DNA from: an uncultured Acidobacteriota bacterium
GTDB lineage: Bacteria; Acidobacteriota; Terriglobia; UBA7540
Length of the DNA: 64,000 bases
Assembly: GCA_963718175.1 (NCBI GenBank)
Contig: CAVQYM010000014.1
Location: forward strand, 104,283-168,282
Reading direction: 5' to 3'
The translations under genes were made by a program, and so were the position numbers. The stretch's first letter is position 1. Each line of letters begins with the position of its first letter. Below are positions 1-10,106 of the stretch, one piece after another. A model generated the notes under the pieces. It ran no database searches. It had not been told where the DNA came from and saw only the letters and a list, made by a program, of their open reading frames with translations.

Positions 1-502
1 GGCCGGATTGACCGCGCCGCTGCGCGACATGGTGCATTCGCTCGACTCGCGCCAGCCGATCTATGGCGTGCGGACCATGGAGGAATTCTACGAAGTGCGC
101 GCCCACAAAACGCTCGGTTTTGTGACCGACGCCATGGCGGAACTGGGGATTCTGGGACTGGTTTTGGCTTTGGTCGGGCTCTATGGTCTGATGACCTATT
201 CCGTGAGCCTGCGGCAGCGCGAATTGGGGATCCGTATGGCGATTGGAGCGGAACCTGCTGCCGTGGTCGGAATGGTGCTGAAGCAGGGGATGATTTTGGC
301 CGGCGTTGGGGTAGCTATCGGCTTGGCCCTGAGTCTTGCTGCGGCAAAACCCACCGCCGCCGTGGTGCAAGGCCGCGGTTTCAATTTGCCTCTCGTCGCC
401 CTGGTCACCCTCTCGCTTCTGGCGATGGCCGCCCTGGGCGCGTATATTCCCGCCCGCCGCGCCTCGCGGGTCGATCCCAATACCGTCTTGCGGCAGGAGT
501 AG
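1..502 (+). CDS. ABC-transporter permease, FtsX/MacB-type C-terminal fragment (5' end outside window)
   Basis: Frame is open from the window edge to TAG at 500-502. Hydrophobic FtsX-type helices and the conserved tail GAYIPARRASRVDPNTVLRQE are typical of MacB/ADOP-family permeases. Confidence 0.8.
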   Translation, partial: AGLTAPLRDMVHSLDSRQPIYGVRTMEEFYEVRAHKTLGFVTDAMAELGILGLVLALVGLYGLMTYSVSLRQRELGIRMAIGAEPAAVVGMVLKQGMILAGVGVAIGLALSLAAAKPTAAVVQGRGFNLPLVALVTLSLLAMAALGAYIPARRASRVDPNTVLRQE

Positions 503-513
503 GCTCGAACACC

Positions 514-1626
514 TTACTTCGCGGCCTGGAGGGCAAGCACCGCGAAAGCCGTGGCCGCATCGCTCATGAAATGCCCGGTGTAGGTAGACGAGTCTTCCTG
601 CTTGTTCAACGAGTAAGCCAGCCATCGGCCTTCGGTCTTGTCCTGGTTCAGCGCGAGCCAGGCGAGACCCCGCTTCATCTGGGGCTGATCGCGCTTCATC
701 CCTGCCTGCTCGAGCACGAACATGACGACTCCGGTGGCATAGCCATCGCTTTTGGTCTCGAGGGGCGTGCCATCGTGCCGCTTCCACCCGCCCACGAACG
801 AAGACAGGCTGAAGCCTCCGTCCGCCTGCTGCTTGCTCAGCGCTTCATCGATGATGGATTTCTGCTGGGCCGGGGTGAGGAGGCCCGGCACCTTGGTTGA
901 CGCCCAGAGCAGAATCACCCGGTTAATCAGGATTTGCGAATCGCGTTCCTGGACAAGATAATCGCGGAGCAACTTCATATTGTCCTGAATCTCCGGGGCT
1001 GACTGATAATTGCCGGGCGCGCTCCCCACCGCCAGCGCCGCCAGCGCGGCCCCGTAATACTGCGAATCCCCCTCCCACGGCGAGTTGTGAAATTGTAGCC
1101 AGGACCACGCTCCCTGGGCCTCCCCCGTCTTCAGTTGTTCGGCCCACATGTTGTCGAGGGCCAGCCGCGCGTCAGGGCTTAGCTTGCCCGTGGGAGCGTC
1201 ATAACCCACCAGGATTACCGCGTTGAGAATGGACTCCGTTCCGCGCGACTCGGCGGTCTTGGGAACGCCCCGCTTCGCGTCGGGGTAGAAGGGCTCAACC
1301 TCCTTCCACATCCGAACGCGCTTGGTGACGCTGTCCAGAAGCTGGCGTTCCGGCGCGCAGGGGGCTTGCTCGGCGAGTGTCGCTCGAAGGGCGGGCCGGG
1401 CCATGGCGTAGGGCAATACTGTGTGGCAGGAGACGCAGAAAGTATTGTGATCGCGGGCCGCGACGTCCCAGCCCATCCACCAAACCATTCGCCCATCCAG
1501 GTAGGCGGCGGCCGCTTTGCCATTCCAGGACGGGGCGTCTGCGGTCGAGGAAGACTTATCCGAAGCGAATATGCTCGCACCCAGGCACGCAGCCAGAATG
1601 CAGATCGCGAAAGTAACTGCCCTCAT
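514..1626 (-). CDS. Secreted alpha/alpha-toroid (prenyltransferase/squalene-oxidase-repeat-like) protein with one CxxCH motif
   Basis: 370-aa ORF with signal peptide MRAVTFAICILAACLGASIFA. Carries a CVSCH motif and QW-like repeats (QQADGGFS, KTEGRWL). Confidence 0.6.
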   Translation of the reverse strand: MRAVTFAICILAACLGASIFASDKSSSTADAPSWNGKAAAAYLDGRMVWWMGWDVAARDHNTFCVSCHTVLPYAMARPALRATLAEQAPCAPERQLLDSVTKRVRMWKEVEPFYPDAKRGVPKTAESRGTESILNAVILVGYDAPTGKLSPDARLALDNMWAEQLKTGEAQGAWSWLQFHNSPWEGDSQYYGAALAALAVGSAPGNYQSAPEIQDNMKLLRDYLVQERDSQILINRVILLWASTKVPGLLTPAQQKSIIDEALSKQQADGGFSLSSFVGGWKRHDGTPLETKSDGYATGVVMFVLEQAGMKRDQPQMKRGLAWLALNQDKTEGRWLAYSLNKQEDSSTYTGHFMSDAATAFAVLALQAAK

Positions 1627-1831
1627 GGGACTTTTCCTCCCTTACGATTTGGGACTTCGGATAACCTTCTCCCCACTCAAGCCGAGCCCGAGGCGGGTTC
1701 ACACAAGTATAAAGCCGTTGAGCGCCATTCACAATTCACAACTTCTGACAAGCGCGGACAGGGGCGAAGATAGAGCCCAACATGCCCCTGGTGTCTAAAG
1801 AAACCCACAGAGTCCGCCGATAGGATTGGAT

Positions 1832-4800
1832 ATGGCAAAGTGCAGTCCCAAGGCGCGGTTGTGTCTCGCAGCCATATTGTCCTGCCTCGCCCTGGCTGGC
1901 CCTATGAGGGCTCAGCAGTACAGTTTTCGCTACTACGGAACCGAGGAAGGCCTCACCAGCGTGGCGGTGAAAGCCCTTTTCCAGGATCGCACGGGCTTTC
2001 TGTGGGTCGGAACGGAAAACGGATTGTTCCGCTACGATGGCCAGCGGTTTCAGCGCTACGGGTCTGCCGAGGGTCTTCCTTCCGACATAGTCCTAAGTGT
2101 CGGCGAGGCTCCGGATGGAAGCCTCCTGGCGGGGTACCGGGCGGGTCTCTTCGAGCAAAAGGGCGAGCGTTTCGAGAAAGTGCCGCTGCCGGGTGCCCGT
2201 GGCATTGACGGCTTCAACTCGATTCTTTTTGATGGCATAGGGCGAACCTTCATCGCCGCGGAGGGTGGGCTTATGGAAGCCACCACCCCTGACGCAGGTG
2301 GCGGTCTAACCCTTCGCTTGTTCCCCGCGCCAGTCAGTGCAGGCGGGTCCGACGCTCACGGGATTTTCCTTGAACCGGGGGTGGTATGGTTCGGTTGCGG
2401 CACCAGCGTGTGCCGGATGAGCCAGTCGGGGGTTACTGTTTTCGGCAAGCCCGCCGGTCTGCCAGAGGGAAACTGGACGAGCATCCGCCGGGATGGCAGC
2501 GGCGATCTGTGGGTGCACGACTCGCAGAAGTTCGCTGTGCTGCGACATAGGAGCACGCGCTTTGATACCTTCAATCCAGGGTTTCCGCAAACGGCGGGCG
2601 GGAGACAGATGGAGGTGGACAGCCGGGGTAGATTGCTGGTGCCCACCACCCAAGGCCTGGCCATTAATGAAGGGCGACACTTCCGAACTGTGGGCGTCCG
2701 CGAAGGCCTGCGAGGTCCGGTCTATTCCGTGTTGCGCGACCGGGAGGGTTCGGTCTGGCTGGGGTTGGCCGGGCGCCGCCTGGCAAGGTGGAGGGGTTAC
2801 GACGAATGGGAAGAGTTCACCGCAGACAGTGGCCTGGACAGCGAACTGATCTACTCCATTCTGCTTCCGGGCAATGGCACGGTACTCATCGGTACGGCGG
2901 ACGGCCTGTTCACCGGACGGAAGACCGGAGACCGGTGGACCTGGCAAAGGGACTCTCGTGTGGGGAGGATACCCGTCGTCACCCTGCATCTGGAACAGGA
3001 CAGAAGTCTCTGGCTGGGAACGGGGGGCCATGGTATGGCCCACATCGAGGCGCGAACCGGGCGAATCGAGTGGCTCAAGCAGGATCGCGGGTTGGCAGGG
3101 TTGGCCCTTTTCTCGATGACGATCGACCGGTCACACCGAATCTGGGCGGCCACGGAGCGCGGGCTCTATGTCGCGAATCTCTCCGAAAAACGCTTCCGGC
3201 GCGTGGAGGAGGTTCCGGCGGTTCGTTGCTGGGCCGTAACCGAGGGGCCGGACGGGGAGATTCTGGTTGGCGCGACCGTGGGGCTCTTCCGGATGGCAGG
3301 AGGCCGGTGGCGGCACATCACGACCGCCGACGGGCTGCGCAACGACGTGATTATGTCCGTTGCTGCAACCCGGAGCAACGAATTCTGGGTTGGCTATTGG
3401 TTTTCCGGCAGCGTGACGCGGGTTCGGGTGGAGGGGGAACGCCTGTCGATGACGCACTACGGCAGCGAACTGGGGCTGCGGGGGGAAATGACTTACTTCC
3501 TCGGCTTCGATGCGCGCGGCCAATTGTGGGCAGGGACAGACCAGGGTGTGCGAGTTTTCACCGGAGACCACTGGGATCAATACGACACCAATGACGGCTT
3601 AGTCTGGGACGATTGCGATCTGGAAGGTTTTGCGGCGGAGCCCGATGGCACGGTGTGGATCGGCACCAGTGGGGGCTTGGCCCGTTTCACGCCCGGCCCT
3701 CAAACCCGCCAAGTGCGCTCCCCTGCCGTGGTGTTCACGCAACTGACACTGGGGAGGACCGGCGTCGAGCGAGACCGCTACATTTCTACAAGCTATGCCT
3801 CAAATTCCCTCGCGGCGCGGTACTCGGCGCTCACCTTCGCCCATGAAAGCTCCGTGCTTTTTCGCTATCGGCTGCAACCGCTCTTCGGCGACTGGCGAGA
3901 GACTTCGCAGCAGGAGTTACAGTTCCCAGGGTTGCCACCCGACGATTACCGGCTGGAGGTGCAAGCCCGCGAGACGGGAGGTCCGTGGAGCGAACCGCCG
4001 GCGGTCTTCGCCTTTGAAATCCGGCCGCCCTGGTGGCGCGCGTGGTGGTTCCTGAGCTTGTTGGGTCTGACGCCGCCCGCCATCGTGCTCCTGTTCTTGC
4101 GCCAGAGGAACCTGCGGCAAAAGCAGATTCAGCGGGCGCTCGAGGAGGCTGTCTCGGCCCGCACCGCAGAGTTAGCGGAGGAAAAGGCCCACGTCGAACA
4201 GGAGAAAGCGCGAGCGGAGCAGGAAACCTGGCGTGCCGACGCCGCCAACCGCGCCAAGAGCGAGTTCCTGGCGAACATGAGTCATGAGATTCGAACCCCC
4301 ATGAATGGCGTCCTGGGAATGACGGATCTCCTCCTGGGAACGGCATTGAACTCTGAACAGAGCGAATATGCCGCCATGGTTAAGGCCTCCGCCGAGTCAC
4401 TGCTGACCATCATCAACGACATTCTGGACTTCTCCAAGATTGAGGCGGGCAGGTTCGAATTGGAGAACATCGACTTCAACCTGCGAGGCAGCATTGAGCC
4501 GACCCTGAAGACGTTGGCCCTGCGGGCCCACCAGAATGGATTGGAGCTGAACGGCATGATCGAGCCTGACGTGCCCGAGGCGGTGGTGGGTGACCCCAGC
4601 CGCTTGCGCCAGGTTCTGATCAACCTGCTCGGCAACTCCCTGAAATTTACCAAAAAAGGAGAAGTCAACCTCAGGGTCCAACGGGAGTCTGGGAATGATG
4701 AGTCCATTCGTCTTCACTTCAGTGTGCAGGACACCGGCATCGGCATCCCCGTCGAGAAGCAGGCAAGCATCTTCGACGCCTTCACACAGGTTGATGGCTC

Positions 4801-5440
4801 CACTGCCCGCCGCTTTGGGGGCACGGGCTTGGGACTGACCATCTGCCGCCAACTGGTAGAAATGATGGGCGGCCGTATCTGGGTCGAAAGTGCGCCCGGC
4901 CAAGGGAGCACCTTCCATTTCACGGCCAGCTTCGGCATTTCCAAGGCTGCCGAGTCTCCGCTGCGCATAAAGAAGGCCCAACTGAAAGGCATGCGGGCGC
5001 TCGTGGTGGATGACTACCTAAGGCCCCTTCATATCCTGCTTGCTGAAGACAACGTTGTGAACCAGATGCTGGCCTCGCGCGTACTCGAAAAACACGGTCA
5101 TCATGTGGTCATCGCCGCGAATGGGCGGCAAGCGCTGGAGCGACTTGCGAGCGAGAGATTCGACTTGGTCCTCATGGACGTGCAGATGCCCGAGATCGAC
5201 GGGTTTGAGGCCACCGCAACGATACGAAAGATGGAAGAGGGGACGGGAATCCACCTCCCCATCGTGGCCATGACCGCCCATGCCATGCAAGGTGACAAGG
5301 AGCGCTGCCTGGCGGCGCGTATGGACGCCTATGTCTCCAAACCCATCAACGTCAAGGAACTCCTCGCGGTTGTTCAGGCGGTGGTGGAAGGGCCCAGGAT
5401 GGCAACCGAGCACGCCGTTCCCGAACAGTGTACGCAATGA
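1832..5440 (+). CDS. Hybrid sensor histidine kinase/response regulator with periplasmic beta-propeller plus Y_Y_Y-type sensor
   Basis: Signal peptide, repeated propeller motifs ([16 protein letters not shown] etc.), and a TM segment [20 protein letters not shown]-box [12 protein letters not shown] boxes ([22 protein letters not shown]), and a C-terminal receiver ([24 protein letters not shown]). ATG at 1832 preferred over TTG at 1826. Confidence 0.9.
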   Translation: MAKCSPKARLCLAAILSCLALAGPMRAQQYSFRYYGTEEGLTSVAVKALFQDRTGFLWVGTENGLFRYDGQRFQRYGSAEGLPSDIVLSVGEAPDGSLLAGYRAGLFEQKGERFEKVPLPGARGIDGFNSILFDGIGRTFIAAEGGLMEATTPDAGGGLTLRLFPAPVSAGGSDAHGIFLEPGVVWFGCGTSVCRMSQSGVTVFGKPAGLPEGNWTSIRRDGSGDLWVHDSQKFAVLRHRSTRFDTFNPGFPQTAGGRQMEVDSRGRLLVPTTQGLAINEGRHFRTVGVREGLRGPVYSVLRDREGSVWLGLAGRRLARWRGYDEWEEFTADSGLDSELIYSILLPGNGTVLIGTADGLFTGRKTGDRWTWQRDSRVGRIPVVTLHLEQDRSLWLGTGGHGMAHIEARTGRIEWLKQDRGLAGLALFSMTIDRSHRIWAATERGLYVANLSEKRFRRVEEVPAVRCWAVTEGPDGEILVGATVGLFRMAGGRWRHITTADGLRNDVIMSVAATRSNEFWVGYWFSGSVTRVRVEGERLSMTHYGSELGLRGEMTYFLGFDARGQLWAGTDQGVRVFTGDHWDQYDTNDGLVWDDCDLEGFAAEPDGTVWIGTSGGLARFTPGPQTRQVRSPAVVFTQLTLGRTGVERDRYISTSYASNSLAARYSALTFAHESSVLFRYRLQPLFGDWRETSQQELQFPGLPPDDYRLEVQARETGGPWSEPPAVFAFEIRPPWWRAWWFLSLLGLTPPAIVLLFLRQRNLRQKQIQRALEEAVSARTAELAEEKAHVEQEKARAEQETWRADAANRAKSEFLANMSHEIRTPMNGVLGMTDLLLGTALNSEQSEYAAMVKASAESLLTIINDILDFSKIEAGRFELENIDFNLRGSIEPTLKTLALRAHQNGLELNGMIEPDVPEAVVGDPSRLRQVLINLLGNSLKFTKKGEVNLRVQRESGNDESIRLHFSVQDTGIGIPVEKQASIFDAFTQVDGSTARRFGGTGLGLTICRQLVEMMGGRIWVESAPGQGSTFHFTASFGISKAAESPLRIKKAQLKGMRALVVDDYLRPLHILLAEDNVVNQMLASRVLEKHGHHVVIAANGRQALERLASERFDLVLMDVQMPEIDGFEATATIRKMEEGTGIHLPIVAMTAHAMQGDKERCLAARMDAYVSKPINVKELLAVVQAVVEGPRMATEHAVPEQCTQ

Positions 5441-5517
5441 CCGAGCCCCATGCCCCCAAGCTGCGGGCGTGAGGTGACCGGGAAAGGGGCGGCGGCCCAT
5501 GGGACAGTTTAACCGCT

Positions 5518-6465
5518 TCAGTCCTGCCCAAGTACTTTCCGGATCGCGGGGACGGGAAGGCCAGACTGATCCACCAACGCCTGGAGTTCCATGGCGAGCT
5601 GGCGCATTTCATCGGGCGCTTGGCTACAATGCCAACCGGCGCCGACTTCAGCGAATTTAGTGGAAAACAATAGGCGCATGGCGGCGACTAAAATAAAACG
5701 CGGGACGATCCTGAGGATGTTCGTAGCCGGCGGGATGATTCTGAACCCGGTGGCGCGGAGCACTGCAAGCGTTTCCCGCCAGGCATCAACCAGCAGCCTG
5801 AGATCGGCCGTAGACCGGCTTAGGGCATACGTGTCGCAGCCATGTTTGATAATAAGCGCCCCGATCGGGGCGACAAGTGCGGCATGTGTCGCAAGGTAGT
5901 CGGTAATATCGGTTGATGCTTTGGCGTGCAAACCTGCTCGGCGGAAAATGCCAATCAACCGCGTCAGCCTCGGCGTTATCCGGCCATCGATTTCCCCAAA
6001 GGGCGAGGAAATTTTGGAACCGCCCATTCCGCTGATGGCACGGATAACGTCTCCATCGCGCTTTCCCCCTGCGAACACGAAGCCCATCATGACCCGATCT
6101 TTGCCGAGCGCTCTGGTAAGTTCCTCCGGGCCGGCAAGGTTGTTGGTCATGAAGACGATGTTCGGAGACCGGTTTTGGGCCAAAACTGGCAAAAGGTCGG
6201 CCACTTGGTTTTTGCGCACGACGACGAGCACATAGTCGTAGAGATCGTCCGGATCGAGGCGGTTGATGACCTGCACTTTGGTAACGCTACGTTTATTATT
6301 CTTAAAAGGATCCTCGATAACAATCCCCTCGTCCCGCACCTCCTCGAAGCGCTTTCCACGGGCGAGAACTGTCACGTCAATCCCCGCGTTGTGCAAACCT
6401 GCCGCGCAGACCGAACCGTTTACTCCGGCTCCAATGACCAGCAGCCTCGCGTTGTCCATATTCAT
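5518..6465 (-). CDS. Ketopantoate reductase (ApbA/PanE) family NAD(P)-dependent oxidoreductase
   Basis: Rossmann motif LLVIGAGVNGSVCAAGL near the N-terminus and overall ApbA/PanE-like layout. Start at the MNMDN ATG (6465), preceded by GGAGG. The longer ORF to 6546 has no RBS. Confidence 0.75.
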   Translation of the reverse strand: MNMDNARLLVIGAGVNGSVCAAGLHNAGIDVTVLARGKRFEEVRDEGIVIEDPFKNNKRSVTKVQVINRLDPDDLYDYVLVVVRKNQVADLLPVLAQNRSPNIVFMTNNLAGPEELTRALGKDRVMMGFVFAGGKRDGDVIRAISGMGGSKISSPFGEIDGRITPRLTRLIGIFRRAGLHAKASTDITDYLATHAALVAPIGALIIKHGCDTYALSRSTADLRLLVDAWRETLAVLRATGFRIIPPATNILRIVPRFILVAAMRLLFSTKFAEVGAGWHCSQAPDEMRQLAMELQALVDQSGLPVPAIRKVLGQD

Positions 6466-6590
6466 CCAGACCTCCGCAGATGGGCGCAACCCTCCGACAT
6501 TGAGTTCTGCGATTCCGCGCTCTGCTGTCACGCAACCACGCAGCATTGGAGGTACAGTTTTTAACTCTTACCCTTTCACTCTACCCTTTG

Positions 6591-6923
6591 CTATATTCGC
6601 TCAATGACCACCGCCGTGCCGTAGCAAAGAACCTCCGTTGCCGACCCTTGGCTGACCACTTCCGACGCGTCGTAGCGCAAGCCCACCACGGCATTCGCAC
6701 CCAATTCCGTGGCGTGCTCGAGGAGCAGATCGTAGGCTTGCTGACGCGCTTGTTCGCACATCTCGGTATACGCGCCGATCTTGCCGCCAATAATGTTCTT
6801 GAGGCCGCCCACAATTCCTTGCACGATCGTCGGGGATCTCACAATAATTCCCCGCACGATGCCCTTATATTCGCGAATTCGGTATCCCTCTACCGTGAAG
6901 GTGGTCGTTACTGGCATTGACAT
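6591..6923 (-). CDS. YbjQ/UPF0145 family protein
   Basis: 110-aa ORF with the family-typical sequence TTTFTVEGYRIREYKGIVRGIIVRS...GGKIGAYTEMCEQARQQAYDLLLEHA..LGANAVVGLRYD. Confidence 0.85.
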   Translation of the reverse strand: MSMPVTTTFTVEGYRIREYKGIVRGIIVRSPTIVQGIVGGLKNIIGGKIGAYTEMCEQARQQAYDLLLEHATELGANAVVGLRYDASEVVSQGSATEVLCYGTAVVIERI

Positions 6924-7093
6924 TGGGTGTCTCCCTTGTTTGTCCGCTCGGTTCAGCTCGGCATTGTAACCTTTTATGCCCGGCCTTCACCACCGTATGG
7001 AAGAACCCCTGGAATATCAGCAGCTTGACTTTCGCCTTCAATAAGCATAGAAAGCTTATCGGATTTTCTTCCAGAAAAAAAAGGAGAACCCCC

Positions 7094-7426
7094 ATGTCCC
7101 CCAAAACTCCAAAGTGGGAAGAGGCAGCCCCTGGTGTCAAAGTTCTACGGCTTTACCAAACCGAGTTGAACCCTGACTGGCCCCGGATCGTGATTCTCGA
7201 GCTTACGGCCGATAAGTTCAGTGAGTTTGAGCAGGACCCCTTGGGATTTGACAAAAAACACAAGCTTTATCCTGAGCAGCCGATGAGGTGGGTTTCGTGT
7301 TGCTCAAGGCCACCCAAAGTAGAGGGGGTTCAACCGGTGCCTGATGCAAAGCGTTGGACAGTGGTCCTGCTCCACGCCCATGCGAGTAATGTGGCATGTG
7401 CAGCATGCCGGAACGAATCACACTGA
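7094..7426 (+). CDS. Hypothetical small protein
   Basis: ATG at 7094 preceded by AAGGAG. The longer ORF from 6917 overlaps the YbjQ gene start. No recognisable domain. Confidence 0.4.
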   Translation: MSPKTPKWEEAAPGVKVLRLYQTELNPDWPRIVILELTADKFSEFEQDPLGFDKKHKLYPEQPMRWVSCCSRPPKVEGVQPVPDAKRWTVVLLHAHASNVACAACRNESH

Positions 7427-7450
7427 CGCCGAGTCCGGAAGCCAGCCAGG

Positions 7451-9841
7451 TCAATGCTCGAAGAATTCCGAGGGCGGGAGGCCCAGGCGCTGAATTAGGT
7501 CCCGGAACGCCGGCTCGGACCGAATGGGATCGAAGGCGGGGTCAACCTTGATTCGGGTCAGGTAGGGGTCGCGTTCCTGGTAGGCCTTTTTCAGCCAGGC
7601 GAGTCCCTGCTTTCCCTGCCCGAGGGCGACATAGACTTGCGCGAAGAAGGATGGTGGTACATACCCTCCGTGGGCTCGTGCTTGCCATTCTTTTAGCACA
7701 TCGTTGGCTTGGGTTTGATTTCGCGCTAGGGCATAGGCCCGCGCCAGACCGACGGTCCGGTTCAAATCGTTGCCGGAAAGGCTTGCGGCCTTTTGGCACT
7801 CTCCGGTAGCGTTCTGGTACATTTTCTTGGCCAGGTAGCTGAGCCCCAGGCAATCGTGCGCGTTAACCGAGTTGGGCTCCAAGTCGACAACCTTCTGGCA
7901 TTCTTTAATGGCTTCGTCGTACCGGCGAGCATAGTAAAACGTCCATCCGATCATAACCTGCGTCGAGATGGACAGTGGGTCAAGTCCTTGGGCCCGGTGG
8001 GCCTCGGCCAGGGCTTCGTCTGCCCTGCCCATCTCCGATAGGTAATCTGCATACCTGAGATGGGCTTCCAAACTGCCGGTGTCGAGTTCGAGGGCGCGCT
8101 TGAATTCTCGCTCGGCCTCCGGCCAGTTCCAATCCTCCATAAATCGAACCTCTCCCAGCGCGGTGTGCGCCTCGGCCAGGTTTGGAGCAATTCCCACGGC
8201 CTTAAGCGCATATTCCTTCGCTTTGGGCATCTTTATCGCGGGAGGTAGTTCATCCGTCAGCCAGTAATAATCGGCTAATCCGGCATAGGCGGGAGCATAA
8301 TTCGGATCGAGCTGCGCCGCCTTTTCGAAGTATTGCCGGGCTTTCAGCCAGTCGTGTTCAGTCCCCTTGTACCATTCATAGCGGCCTCGAAGATAAGCTT
8401 CGTAAGCGGCAGGGACTACGGGAGGCGCGCCGGCAAGATGTTCGCGTTCCTGCTGCGTCACGGCAATTCTGACTTCATTGGCGATGGCGCTGGCCACGTC
8501 GCCCTGTAGCTTGAGCACATCGATCAGGTCGCGCTCGTAACTCTTAGTCCAGAGTTGCTTGTCCGTGGGTGCGTAGATCAATTGGGCGTTGATCCGCACC
8601 TGGTCCCCCGCGCGCAACACGGTGCCTTCCACGATGGCGTCCACGTGCAGGGCTCGCGCCACCTCGGGCAGCGGCTTCTTTACGGCCTTGTACTGCATGA
8701 TGGAAATCCGTGAGATTACTCTTAGCGCCTTGATCTGGCCCAAATCGGTGATGAGTTGGTCGGTCATCCCATCGGCGAAATAGTCCTGGTCGGGATTGCC
8801 CGAGAGGTTTTCGAGAGGCAAGACAGCCAGGGATGCAATCTGGGCGTGCCCTCCCATGCCCAGCAATCGATCCCGAAGGCCCCCGGCATTAAGCAGAAGC
8901 AGTCCAGCCGCCAGGACGAAGGCCAAGGCGCCGGCCACGCCCCCCATCTTCCACCGCGAGTGTGCTTGGTGCGGGGGCGGGAGCGGACTTGTCGTCCTGG
9001 GCACGGCCAACTGCCGGAGGTCTACTTCCAATTCTTGCGCAGATTGGTATCGGTTTTCGGGCCCCTTCTCCAGGCACTTGACGATAATCCGCTCGAGTTC
9101 CGGAGAGATTCTGCCATTGAAGGCGCGCGGCGGCACGACCGGTTGGTGCAATATGGCATCGATCAAGCGCGATGCGATCTCTTCCCGAAATGGCCGCTGG
9201 CCGGTTGCCATCTCGTACAAAACTCCCCCCGCCGCGAATATATCCGTGCGGGCATCGGCCGGGTCGGACTGCAACTGTTCGGGCGCCATGTAAGGTAACG
9301 TTCCAACCGCAGCCTCCCTGCCGGTGCCGGAGTCCGTCGTGGTTTCCATGCCCGTGATCTCGTGTTGCGGCTTCAGCACCTTGGCGATACCGAAGTCAAG
9401 AATCTTCAACCGCCCGTCTGGGGTGATGCGCAGGTTGGACGGTTTCAGATCTCGATGGACAATCTTCTGAGCGTGCGCCGCCGCCAACCCACTGGCCAGT
9501 TGCATACCTAGACGCGCGATCTCCTTCTCCGGCATCGGGTCCCTGCCCAGCAATTCGCTGAGCGTCACTCCCGCTACATACTCGACGACAAGAAATTCCA
9601 GGCCTTCCACGCTTTCAAAATCCAGCAATGTTTCGATGTTGGGATGATTCAGTTTGGAAAGGGCCGCCGCTTCTTTGCGCAGCCGCTTGCGGGCCGACGG
9701 ATCGACCAGTTCACTCTGCGGCAGGAGCTTTACGGCTACATCGCGCTCCAGCCGTTCATCGCGCGCCAGATAAACCTCACCCATCCCCCCCACACCTATT
9801 TTTTCCAGAATGCGGTAGTGGCTGAGGGTTTGGCCGATCAT
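7451..9841 (-). CDS. Ser/Thr protein kinase with TM segment, TolB-N-like domain and C-terminal TPR repeats
   Basis: Hanks kinase motifs GVGGMGEVYLA, VAVK, HRDLKPSN, DFGIAK, APE. Followed by a TM segment, then TPR-like repeats through the C-terminal half. Confidence 0.9.
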   Translation of the reverse strand: MIGQTLSHYRILEKIGVGGMGEVYLARDERLERDVAVKLLPQSELVDPSARKRLRKEAAALSKLNHPNIETLLDFESVEGLEFLVVEYVAGVTLSELLGRDPMPEKEIARLGMQLASGLAAAHAQKIVHRDLKPSNLRITPDGRLKILDFGIAKVLKPQHEITGMETTTDSGTGREAAVGTLPYMAPEQLQSDPADARTDIFAAGGVLYEMATGQRPFREEIASRLIDAILHQPVVPPRAFNGRISPELERIIVKCLEKGPENRYQSAQELEVDLRQLAVPRTTSPLPPPHQAHSRWKMGGVAGALAFVLAAGLLLLNAGGLRDRLLGMGGHAQIASLAVLPLENLSGNPDQDYFADGMTDQLITDLGQIKALRVISRISIMQYKAVKKPLPEVARALHVDAIVEGTVLRAGDQVRINAQLIYAPTDKQLWTKSYERDLIDVLKLQGDVASAIANEVRIAVTQQEREHLAGAPPVVPAAYEAYLRGRYEWYKGTEHDWLKARQYFEKAAQLDPNYAPAYAGLADYYWLTDELPPAIKMPKAKEYALKAVGIAPNLAEAHTALGEVRFMEDWNWPEAEREFKRALELDTGSLEAHLRYADYLSEMGRADEALAEAHRAQGLDPLSISTQVMIGWTFYYARRYDEAIKECQKVVDLEPNSVNAHDCLGLSYLAKKMYQNATGECQKAASLSGNDLNRTVGLARAYALARNQTQANDVLKEWQARAHGGYVPPSFFAQVYVALGQGKQGLAWLKKAYQERDPYLTRIKVDPAFDPIRSEPAFRDLIQRLGLPPSEFFEH

Positions 9842-10106
9842 AGATTGGTAAGCCCCTCTCTAGTGCCTATCTTAGGATTCACCGCCGGGACAAGTCAATC
9901 TTTAACGGGTGACCTCAAGCTCCGCTTCGCCGGGCGCGTGGCGTATGGTAGAATTCGATGGTGCGCATCGGGCGCCTCCCGTCCGCGGAAAGGGCTGAGC
10001 CCGCCGAATGACATGCGGTTTCAAAACACCTCGATGGTGATCTTCCTTTCGCCCGAACCAGCGGACAACGGGCATGACAGGCTGCCAAGGCCTAAAGGAG
10101 GTCATC

